A DNA stretch of 33,342 bases from a virus (lineage: Duplodnaviria; Caudoviricetes): positions 1-33,342 of IMG/VR virus record IMGVR_UViG_3300037851_000691; one strand, 5' to 3'. This document shows positions 25,606 through 33,342 of the stretch, one piece after another. The notes under the pieces were generated by a model, which did not search any database, was not told the DNA's origin, and worked only from the letters and a program-made list of their open reading frames with translations. Within the stretch, counting starts at the first letter, position 1. Each line of letters opens with the position of its first letter. A program made the translations under genes and the position numbers.

Positions 25606-25827
25606 ATGACGGCTGAACAACGCGATGTCACGGAGCCGGTGCCGACCGACAAGGAGCGGCCGGATCTGTACCGCCTGCTGATCGGCGGTCTTTTGGCCGT
25701 GAGCTTGCTCGGGATGCTGGCGCTGGCCCTGCTGGCCTTCGTCGAGAAGGCTATCCCGGACGGCATCACGGCGCTGGCCAGCGTCGCCATCGGGGCGTTG
25801 GCCGGGATGCTGGTGCGGAGGGAATGA
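25606..25827 (+). CDS. Two-TM membrane protein (holin-like)
   Basis: Two hydrophobic helices, charged termini, 73 aa. Confidence 0.55.
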   Translation: MTAEQRDVTEPVPTDKERPDLYRLLIGGLLAVSLLGMLALALLAFVEKAIPDGITALASVAIGALAGMLVRRE

Positions 25828-25828
25828 C

Positions 25829-26188
25829 GTGTTGACGGACGCCGAACTGGCGGCGATGCAGGAGATGCAGGAGACGGCCCTGCCGGACACCTGCACGATC
25901 TCGCGGGCGACGCTGACGACGGACAACGCCGGCGGCGCGACGCTGAGCTGGGCGGACGTGGCGACGGATGTGCCGTGCCGGGCCGGGCCGCCCTCGTCGC
26001 GCTGGGAGCGGATCGCGGCGGAGAAGGTGCAGGCGGTGAACGTGCAGATTTTTACCCTGCCGCATGACACGGATGTGCGACCGGCGGACCGCATCGTGTG
26101 GAGCGGGGAGACGTTCGAGGTGCAGCCCGGCGAGGTGGGGAGCTGGCCCACGGCGCTGCGGGTGATGTGCACCGAGGTGGTGGCCTGA
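25829..26188 (+). CDS. Head closure / head-tail joining protein (SPP1 gp16-like)
   Basis: DNAGG..W, DVRPADRI...GETFEV pattern; position. Confidence 0.75.
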   Translation: MLTDAELAAMQEMQETALPDTCTISRATLTTDNAGGATLSWADVATDVPCRAGPPSSRWERIAAEKVQAVNVQIFTLPHDTDVRPADRIVWSGETFEVQPGEVGSWPTALRVMCTEVVA

Positions 26189-26598
26189 TGCCGGTCGAGT
26201 TCAATCATTTCCCGCTGATCGCCGACCGGCTCGAGAGCGGGGCGCGCCCGGTGGTGCAGACGACGATCAAGCGCATCGAGGCGTCCGCTAAGAAGTCGTT
26301 AGGGGGGCCACGGACGGGCATCGTCTACCGGGTCGGCGGGACGAAGGATCGGCCGATCTTGCACCAGGCGAGCGCGCCGGGCGAACCGCCGGCGACGGAG
26401 ACGGGGAACCTGGCGAATTCGATCACGTCGCAGATGCTGGACAGCCGCACGGGGATGGTGAGCGTGGGGGCGGAGTACGCCGCGCCGTTGGAGTTCGGCA
26501 GCGCGCGGGGGCTAGCGCCACGGCCGTTCCTGACGCCGGCGGTCGAGCGCAACTGGCCGGACTTCCTGGCGGCCATGGAAAGGCTATTGACGCCGTGA
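26188..26598 (+). CDS. HK97 gp10-family tail-component protein
   Basis: SAPGEPPATETGNL, YAAPLEFG and PRPFLTPA motifs. Confidence 0.85.
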   Translation: MPVEFNHFPLIADRLESGARPVVQTTIKRIEASAKKSLGGPRTGIVYRVGGTKDRPILHQASAPGEPPATETGNLANSITSQMLDSRTGMVSVGAEYAAPLEFGSARGLAPRPFLTPAVERNWPDFLAAMERLLTP

Positions 26599-27011
26599 GC
26601 GACACTTACAAGATCGACACCTGGTTGTATAGCGTATTGCACGGCGATTCCTCATTGGTGGCGGCGGCGCCGGGCGGGATCTACGCGGACATGGCGCCGT
26701 TGGGCGTGACCGGGGTGTACGTGACGTATGCGCTGATGGCCGGGAGCGATGTACTGACGATTTCCGGCGTGCGGATGTTGATGCGGGCGCTGTACGTTGT
26801 CAGAGCGACGGGCGAAGGGAACTCGTATTCGGTGGTGACGACGGCGGCGGATCGCATCGATGCGCTGCTGAAGCGCACCAGCGGGTCCACATCGGGCGGG
26901 CTGATCCTCTCCTGCGTGCGGGAAGAGCCGGTGCGTTACGGGGAGCTGGTGGACGGGAAACAGTTCAGGCATCTGGGCGGGCTGTACCGCATTCAGATCG
27001 AGGAGGTCTAG
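26595..27011 (+). CDS. Tail completion/terminator protein (DUF3168-like)
   Basis: LYSVL..D..L, GIY...AP..PY-like pattern; between gp10 and the tail tube. Confidence 0.7.
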   Translation: MSDTYKIDTWLYSVLHGDSSLVAAAPGGIYADMAPLGVTGVYVTYALMAGSDVLTISGVRMLMRALYVVRATGEGNSYSVVTTAADRIDALLKRTSGSTSGGLILSCVREEPVRYGELVDGKQFRHLGGLYRIQIEEV

Positions 27012-27014
27012 GAG

Positions 27015-28001
27015 ATGACGGAGCGAGCAGTCGTCAATACGACGATGCAGATGGGGTTGGAGACGGTGCCGGGGACGGGCGTGGCGGCCGGTAAGTCTCT
27101 CAACGCCTTCAGCATCACGCCGGCGGTGAAATTCGACATCACCCGGTTTCGGGCGCTGGGCAACAAGTACGCCAGCGTCGGTGTGCCGGGGCGCCAGTGG
27201 GTGGAGGCGAAGATCGCCGGCGTCGGGACGTACGGCGAGCTGATCTACCTGCTGTCGAGCGTGCTGGTGAAGGTGTCGCCGGGAACGGACGGCACGACGA
27301 AGACGTGGACGCTGACGCCGGCGTTGTCGGCGCCGGACACGGTGGCGACCTACACGGTGGAGCAGGGCTCGAGCGTGCGGGCGCACAAGTTCGAGTACGG
27401 GCTGGTCACGGAGCTGGGGCTGAAGTTCTCCCGGCAGGCCGGCGTCGAGATCGACGGTTCGATGCTTGGCGAGGCGTTGCAGGACGGGATCACGATGACG
27501 GGCACGCCGTCGGCGGTGGAGAGCACGCCGCTGCCGATTGCGGGGGACGACATCAGCGTCTACCTGGCGGATTCGTGGGCCGGGCTGGCCGGGGCGAGCG
27601 CCTCCACCCGGGTGTTGACGGCCGAGTGGCGGGTTGCCAACCGCTTCAACACGCTGTGGGTGCTGGATGCCAGCCAGACGTCGTTCGTGGCCGTGGTGGA
27701 GACCGCGCCGACGGTGAGCCTCAAGCTGAAGATGGAGGCCGATAGCGCGGGGATGGCGTTGCTGACCACGATGGGCGCCGGCACGACGAAGTGGGCTCGG
27801 ATCAAATGCACGGGGGCGGCGATCGAGACCGGCAAGTACTACACGTTGCAGATCGACGGGGCGTACGTGCTGGGCGAGCCGAGCGAGTTCTCCGACGAAG
27901 ACGGGGTCTACGCCATCGAGTGGAACGCCGAGGCGATCTACGACGCGACGGCGGGGAAGACGATCGAGGCATACATGCGCAACCAGGTGGCGTCCCTATG
28001 A
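27015..28001 (+). CDS. Major tail (tube) protein
   Basis: GLETVPG, TYTVEQG motifs; position before chaperones and tape measure. Confidence 0.8.
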   Translation: MTERAVVNTTMQMGLETVPGTGVAAGKSLNAFSITPAVKFDITRFRALGNKYASVGVPGRQWVEAKIAGVGTYGELIYLLSSVLVKVSPGTDGTTKTWTLTPALSAPDTVATYTVEQGSSVRAHKFEYGLVTELGLKFSRQAGVEIDGSMLGEALQDGITMTGTPSAVESTPLPIAGDDISVYLADSWAGLAGASASTRVLTAEWRVANRFNTLWVLDASQTSFVAVVETAPTVSLKLKMEADSAGMALLTTMGAGTTKWARIKCTGAAIETGKYYTLQIDGAYVLGEPSEFSDEDGVYAIEWNAEAIYDATAGKTIEAYMRNQVASL

Positions 28002-28306
28002 GCCTGACGCTGAACGGCCTACGCAACAACCGGCAGGTGCTGACGGTGCAATACGCCGGGGAGACGGTGGAGTTCACCTATCAGCCGGGGGCGGTGACGC
28101 CGGCGCTGGGCGCGTTGCTGGCCGACCCGGAGAACACCCAGCCGCTGGTCACGGCGCTCATCTCGGCGCTGGATAGCTGGAACCTGATCGACGACGAGAC
28201 CGGCAGGCCGGCGATCATCTCTCCGGAGTTGCTGGAGACGCTGCCGACGAAGTTCCTGAATCTGCTCCTGTCGGCGATCTACCGGGACATCCAGCCGGGA
28301 AAATAG
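27998..28306 (+). CDS. Tail assembly chaperone (gpG-like)
   Basis: SWNL.D..G motif; ends CCG GGA AAA TAG. Confidence 0.8.
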   Translation: MSLTLNGLRNNRQVLTVQYAGETVEFTYQPGAVTPALGALLADPENTQPLVTALISALDSWNLIDDETGRPAIISPELLETLPTKFLNLLLSAIYRDIQPGK

Positions 28307-28524
28307 GGGTCCGGGAGCTGCGCCGCTGGCTGCTGACCGAGGGCGAGCTGGGCCAGTGCCCGGACTACTACCCGGTGATCAGGGCGGCGCGTTACCTCGG
28401 GGTGGCGCCGTGGGAGCTGAATGCGCAGCCGCTCGCTTGGCAGGAATGGGCGCTGGTGTGCGAGGCGGCGGAGATCGGGGCGCAGAACGAGGCGGCGCAG
28501 GAAGCGGTGAGGAAGCGGCGCTAA
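28297..28524 (+). CDS. -1 frameshift extension of the chaperone (gpGT-like)
   Basis: Slippery G GGA AAA at 28297-28303; the -1 frame reads GKIGVRELRRWLL...AARYLGVAPWEL...RKRR* to TAA 28522-28524. Confidence 0.8.
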   Translation, partial: GKIGVRELRRWLLTEGELGQCPDYYPVIRAARYLGVAPWELNAQPLAWQEWALVCEAAEIGAQNEAAQEAVRKRR

Positions 28525-28569
28525 GTCCTCATTAGGCCCGCTGACGGGAGCCCGCTTGAAGGGGGACAT

Positions 28570-30090
28570 GTGGTTGTAGCAGCGAGACTCAGTGCAATTG
28601 TACACGCCGACACCGGGAAGGCGACCAGCGACATTCGGGCATTTGGCGCTGAGGTGATGACCACCGGAAAGACGGTGGATACGCAGACGCGCAACATGGA
28701 CATGGCGTTCTCCGGGGTGATGCGCGGCATCGGGACAATCGCCGGGGTCGGGTCGCTGAGCGCGCTGGCATTGGGCGCCGGGCGCGCCGTGATCGAGCTG
28801 GGGAATCTCGGCCAGGAGCTCAACAAGCAGCGGGCGTATTTTGACGTGTGGTCCGGCGGAGCAGCGAACGCGGCTGCCAACATGGAGGCCATGCGCGCGG
28901 CAGTCGGCAACAGCATGACCGAGATGGAGATGATGACGGCTGCCAATCAGCTCTTGAGCATGGGGCTGGCGAAGACGCCGGAGGAGCTGCGCAAGCTGTC
29001 GGAGATGGCGGTGATGCTGGGCGGTTCGACCCGGTCGGCAGGGGAGGCGATCAACGAATTCTCTCTGTTGCTGGCGAATCAGAGCATCTTGCGGCTGGAT
29101 ACGTTCGGGATCTCCGGGGCGCGGGTGCGCGAGCGCATTGAGGAGCTGCAAGCGGCCGAGGAGGGGTTGAGCCGGGAGCAGGCGTTCATGAACGCCGTGA
29201 TGGAGATCGGCACGCAGAAGGTATCCGCGCTGGCGGCGGCGGGAGTGGACGCAACCACGGCGACGCAGGATCTGACGACGGCCTGGGGCCAGGCGCGGGA
29301 GGAGATCGCGGCCGGCTTGGATACGGCCGGGGTGACTGCGGAGCTGGCGCGCATTGTGAGCGGGGTCGGTACGGCGATCGGGGCCAGCCTCGGCGGCGAG
29401 TCCTCCGTGCTGAAGGTGCTGCAACAGGACCTGGCCTATCTGCAACAGCAACGAGATGCGATCGAGGCGGGCGGCGGGCTGTTCAAGGGCGCGCGTCTCA
29501 ACGAGCTCGACCAGCAGATCGCCGCGGTGACGGCGCGGATCCAGGAATATACCACGGTGACCGCCGGCATGGCGACGGGGACGCAGCAGGTGGCTGACGG
29601 GCTGCGCGAGGTGGGCGCAGCGGCGGCCGAGATAGACACCACCGCCATCACAGAGGCCAGTACGGCGATCGAGGATCTGACGGCGAAGGTAGACAAGCGC
29701 ATCGAAGTGGCGCTGACCGGCGATCTCTCCGGCACTGAGTTGGTGCTGGAAGGCGCGCAAGCGGCCGGATTCGCCGAGCAATTCAAGAACGACATTTTGA
29801 AGGCGGTCGCGGAGATCGCCGGGAAGGCGCCCACGATCTATGACGAGCTCGTCAACGGCGCAGCGACGGCTATGGCCGCGAAGGACAATACCAGTATTGT
29901 GCCGGCGCTGGCGGAGGCGATCTCTAGGGACCTGAGCACGAGTGCGGCGCTGATCCAGAACCAGGGCGGGCAGGCGTGGGTGCTGCTCGAGGCGGGGATC
30001 CTGGCGAAAGCGTCGGCGAGTGGGGTGTTGCGCGCGGCGATCCAGGCGGCGCTGGATGCGTTGACGGAAGAGTACACCAGCGGGCGCTAA
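28570..30090 (+). CDS. Tape measure protein (short, 506 aa)
   Basis: Ala-rich helical, LDTFGI motif; follows the chaperone pair. Confidence 0.85.
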   Translation: MVVAARLSAIVHADTGKATSDIRAFGAEVMTTGKTVDTQTRNMDMAFSGVMRGIGTIAGVGSLSALALGAGRAVIELGNLGQELNKQRAYFDVWSGGAANAAANMEAMRAAVGNSMTEMEMMTAANQLLSMGLAKTPEELRKLSEMAVMLGGSTRSAGEAINEFSLLLANQSILRLDTFGISGARVRERIEELQAAEEGLSREQAFMNAVMEIGTQKVSALAAAGVDATTATQDLTTAWGQAREEIAAGLDTAGVTAELARIVSGVGTAIGASLGGESSVLKVLQQDLAYLQQQRDAIEAGGGLFKGARLNELDQQIAAVTARIQEYTTVTAGMATGTQQVADGLREVGAAAAEIDTTAITEASTAIEDLTAKVDKRIEVALTGDLSGTELVLEGAQAAGFAEQFKNDILKAVAEIAGKAPTIYDELVNGAATAMAAKDNTSIVPALAEAISRDLSTSAALIQNQGGQAWVLLEAGILAKASASGVLRAAIQAALDALTEEYTSGR

Positions 30091-30129
30091 TTTGCTGTTA
30101 GCGGACGAGGGCCTCTGCGGAGGGGCGGA

Positions 30130-31482
30130 ATGGCCGACTTTCAATACCTGAGCGGTAGCACATGGACGGATGTGCCGGCGCTGGCGCACCCCGATGACGA
30201 CACGGGCTCCGTGCGGGTGGTGTTCCCGGCGGCGACGGACCGGGACGGCAACGGGGCGCCGTGCGGGATCATCGGGTTGCCGGAGGTGGAGATCATCGCC
30301 GATGTGATGCGCGGGACGGGCTGGGACTTCTGGCAAGACTTTTTCGCCGACGAGCTGGTGGAGACGGCGGACGTTTCGCTGAAGGTGTTCAACGAGCGGG
30401 CGGGTGACTGGATCGCCTATGCGGGCGATCTGCTGCGGCCGACGTGTGAGCGGATTCGGCCGGGGGCGACGGCGCTGGCCACCGAATACCGGGGGGTGGT
30501 GATCCGGGCAATCAACCTGGTGGAGCGCAGTGCGCCGGCGATCGGCAGCCAGCCCGAGGACGCCTACGAGATGACGGGCGGGACGGCGACCTTCGTGGTG
30601 TCAGCGGTCGGCGGGACGCTGACGTATCAGTGGCAGGTGGACACCGGGGGCGGCTGGGCGAATGTTAGCACCGGCACGGGCGGGACGTCTGCGTCTTACA
30701 CCACGGCGACGCTGGTCGGGTCGGACAACGGCAACCTGTACCGCTGCCTGGTGACGAACGCTTACGGCACGACGACCTCCGATTCGGCCACACTGACGGT
30801 GACAAGCACGCTGGCGTCGAAGTTCACGGCCTACTGGGACTTCTACGAGGACGCCACGGACGCGGTGGGCGAGAATGACCTCACCGGCACCATCGAGGGC
30901 TACACCGGCAACAAGGCGAATTTCGAGGCGAGCAGCTCGCACTCGTTGACGGGGACGTCGGCTATCAACAGCGACGAGGGCGGCACCATCATGGGGTGGG
31001 TGCAACTGGAATCGTTGCCCAGCTCCGGCGATTATTTCTACGTCATGGCGACGACGCCAGAGGCCGGCGACAGTAAAGCCGGTTTCAAGATCTACATCGG
31101 CAGCACCGGCACGATCACGGGCAAGTTCACGAAGGACAACAGCACCGACACGGCGGACATCAACCTGCGGGGCAACCCGAACGTGGCCGAGATGTTCTTC
31201 TGCTTCCAGTTCGACCTGGCGGCCGACGAGATCCGGGGGTGGTCGAGCATGAACGACGACGAGGTTCCGGAGTTCAACGCCTCGACGCCGGAGGGTCTGA
31301 CGTTTACGCCGGCGGGCGGCGACGAAGCGCCGATCTTCGGCAAGAACCCGGCCAGCACGACCTTCTATCTCGACGGCACACTACGCTGTGTCGGCTGGAC
31401 GAACGAGATCCTGACGGAAGGAGAGATCGAAACGATGTACAACGCCGGGACGCCGCTGCGTCATGCGGAGATCGAATCGTGA
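30130..31482 (+). CDS. Distal tail protein-like fusion with Ig-like and LamG/ConA-like domains
   Basis: Follows TMP; QPED...GGTATF...LTYQW...NGNLYRC.VTN is an Ig I-set-like pattern; C-terminal AYWDF..., EILTEGEI..MYN is LamG-like. Confidence 0.7.
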   Translation: MADFQYLSGSTWTDVPALAHPDDDTGSVRVVFPAATDRDGNGAPCGIIGLPEVEIIADVMRGTGWDFWQDFFADELVETADVSLKVFNERAGDWIAYAGDLLRPTCERIRPGATALATEYRGVVIRAINLVERSAPAIGSQPEDAYEMTGGTATFVVSAVGGTLTYQWQVDTGGGWANVSTGTGGTSASYTTATLVGSDNGNLYRCLVTNAYGTTTSDSATLTVTSTLASKFTAYWDFYEDATDAVGENDLTGTIEGYTGNKANFEASSSHSLTGTSAINSDEGGTIMGWVQLESLPSSGDYFYVMATTPEAGDSKAGFKIYIGSTGTITGKFTKDNSTDTADINLRGNPNVAEMFFCFQFDLAADEIRGWSSMNDDEVPEFNASTPEGLTFTPAGGDEAPIFGKNPASTTFYLDGTLRCVGWTNEILTEGEIETMYNAGTPLRHAEIES

Positions 31483-33342
31483 GCACCTGGACGCAGGCCT
31501 TCGGCAACGCCAAGCGCACGTCATGCGTGACGGAGGGGCCGGGCAGCACGGCGCTGTATTGCCAGTGGTACACGACCTTCGAGCCGTACGTGCACCCGTG
31601 GGTGCAGCCGATAGGCGACACGGACGGCAACGTCTATGTCGCCACGTCGGCGGGGTTGCACAAGATTGACGCCTCCGACGGCTCGGTGATCTGGAGCTAT
31701 GCGGGGCGCTACGCCAGCACGCCGGCCTGGGACGATGGCTATGTGTATGCGGCGCTGACAGACGGGCGGATCATCTGCCTCAACGCCACCTCCGGGGCGC
31801 TGGTGTGGACGTGGGACGATGCGACAGCGGGCTTCGACGCCGCCCTGCTGGTGTCGGTGGACGGGACGAAGCTCGTGGCGCCCTGCCGCGATGGGCGGGT
31901 GTACTGCGTCACGGCCTCGACGGGCGCGCTGGCATGGCAGTATCCCAGCGCAGGTAATGATCCCTTAGCGCCCTTCAACTCGCCGGCGGCGGAGTACAGC
32001 GGCAGCGTCTACATCCTCAACAATGACATGTACCTGCGCAAGCTCTCGCTGAGCACGGGCGCATTGCAGGACACCTCGGCCAAGCTACTCGGTGAAGCGT
32101 TCCGCGGCCAGCCGCCGGTGATCGACGGCGTGAACGGGTTCATCTACGTACCGAGCGGCGCGCCGCTATGCAAGCAGGGGTGGTCGGACGGCGTGACGTG
32201 GCGCGTGGACGACCAGACCGACTTCTGGACGGGGGCCACGGGCGGCGACCTGTGCGGCGTGACGACCGAGTCCGGCTTCGACGTCTACGACTATTCGGTG
32301 GCCGGCGACGCCACGCAGACGGTGATCGAGTTCGTTACCGCCAACCCGGATCGCGTGACGATGCAGGTGCTCGACCTCACGTCGCTGGACGAGTACGACC
32401 TGGGCGCAACGTATGACAACTGCCGGGTGCCGTTCATGCCGTGCCACACGAACAGCGGCAGCCGCTGGCCGTGCGCGGTGAGCGACGCCGGGGACGTGTA
32501 TGTCACCAACTGGCGCTACAGCCCGGATGTGAGCCTCGCCACTTCGGCAGGCGTGTTCAAGTGGGATGTCGGGACGCCGCGCTTCATCCACATGGACTAC
32601 TCGCCTGCCTGGGATGAGCCGCTCTGGTTCACCCTGAGCGACGGCGGCGACTACTTGCACGGCAGCCTGTGCGAGAATCGGACGGCGTTCGGCATTGACG
32701 TGGCGACGCCGGATGTCACCGACTACTGGACATATGGCGATGTGGGTGAGGGCCTGACGGCGATTGCGCCGGGGTGGGACGACAACCTCATCTGGACCAC
32801 AGACAACCCGGTCGGTACAACGTGGTCGTGTGACGGCACAAACAAGAACGGCAACGTGGGCTGCGCGGCCGTCTACACGGCGCTGCCCGTGCCGGTCGGC
32901 AATTTCCTTTATGCGCTGGCCTCTAACACGTTGGTCTGTCTTGGCACAACCGTTACGACGACCGGGACGCGGGCCGCCACGTTGGCGGCGGAAGAGTTCA
33001 CGCCGAGCGTGACGTTGGACGCCGCCGACGCCGTGGATTTGCTGGAAGCAGCGCTGGCGTTCGTGAACACGGCAAGCCCGGAGCACTACCGGCCCGGCTA
33101 CGTCAATCACCTAAACAGTGAGCATGACAACAACAATAGCGATACGACCACCCACCTCTTCGTTGGGACAGGGATGTATGGCCGCTGGATTGACGAAACC
33201 CTGACGCCGCTGTTGCGCGCCTATCCCTACGTATCATCCGCACTGCAAGACAAAATCCGCGCCTATGTCAAAGCGGAGTTTGAGGCTTGGTCGTGCCTCA
33301 GTAATTACTCGTGGATTCCCAACGACGGCAGCGGGCACGGCG
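31479..33342 (+). CDS. PQQ/BamB-type beta-propeller tail protein, 3'-truncated (absent from the ORF track)
   Basis: GTG overlapping the upstream stop; MSTWTQAFGNAKRTS..., repeated blades IDASDGSVIW, LNATSGALVW, VTASTGALAW; frame open at the window end. Confidence 0.8.
   Translation, partial: MSTWTQAFGNAKRTSCVTEGPGSTALYCQWYTTFEPYVHPWVQPIGDTDGNVYVATSAGLHKIDASDGSVIWSYAGRYASTPAWDDGYVYAALTDGRIICLNATSGALVWTWDDATAGFDAALLVSVDGTKLVAPCRDGRVYCVTASTGALAWQYPSAGNDPLAPFNSPAAEYSGSVYILNNDMYLRKLSLSTGALQDTSAKLLGEAFRGQPPVIDGVNGFIYVPSGAPLCKQGWSDGVTWRVDDQTDFWTGATGGDLCGVTTESGFDVYDYSVAGDATQTVIEFVTANPDRVTMQVLDLTSLDEYDLGATYDNCRVPFMPCHTNSGSRWPCAVSDAGDVYVTNWRYSPDVSLATSAGVFKWDVGTPRFIHMDYSPAWDEPLWFTLSDGGDYLHGSLCENRTAFGIDVATPDVTDYWTYGDVGEGLTAIAPGWDDNLIWTTDNPVGTTWSCDGTNKNGNVGCAAVYTALPVPVGNFLYALASNTLVCLGTTVTTTGTRAATLAAEEFTPSVTLDAADAVDLLEAALAFVNTASPEHYRPGYVNHLNSEHDNNNSDTTTHLFVGTGMYGRWIDETLTPLLRAYPYVSSALQDKIRAYVKAEFEAWSCLSNYSWIPNDGSGHG

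Larger units (their letters stand above)
1..33342. mobile_element. Temperate siphovirus genome (partial), probably excised/circular form
   Basis: Terminase-portal-capsid-tail operon, cI/cro switch, integrase and internal attP-like tRNA fragment. Lysis gene at the window start and tail genes at the end imply circular permutation. Confidence 0.93.

Noticed and set aside
1941-30101. Integron with attC-bounded cassettes
   Set aside because: Several sites contain GTTAGGT (GTTRRRY), but I see no 55-140 bp imperfect attC hairpins, six sites lie inside genes, and neither recombinase is recognisably IntI.
1941-30101. Motif as CIRCE or LysR box
   Set aside because: CIRCE has the opposite arm order and a 9-bp spacer. 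T-N11-A fits formally, but no LysR gene is present and most sites are not at promoters.

Overview
This window is most of the genome of a high-GC temperate siphovirus, apparently in its excised or circular form. An attP-like 3' half of tRNA-Pro(CGG) lies mid-window next to an integrase, with phage genes on both sides. Layout: end of a late/lysis region (Dam-type methyltransferase, M23 peptidase; 1-2002); a leftward early operon (Cro, HNH, a second tyrosine recombinase, AAA helicase, small membrane proteins, membrane-anchored FtsK-like ATPase; 2072-11032); an immunity region with a short CI, a LexA-boxed promoter driving an unannotated 45-aa candidate antirepressor, and a lipoprotein; attP and integrase; then a rightward morphogenesis operon running from terminase to a PQQ-type beta-propeller tail protein that continues past the window end. 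The LexA box style suggests a Chloroflexota or Gram-positive-type host (inference). The most striking unexplained structure is 19 copies of the palindrome (C)TAA-N7-TTA(G), found by eye. They resemble tyrosine-recombinase core sites (dif, attI), all have different spacers, and recur about every 2 kb, including inside genes. They co-occur with an extra catalytically intact tyrosine recombinase and an FtsK-like translocase.
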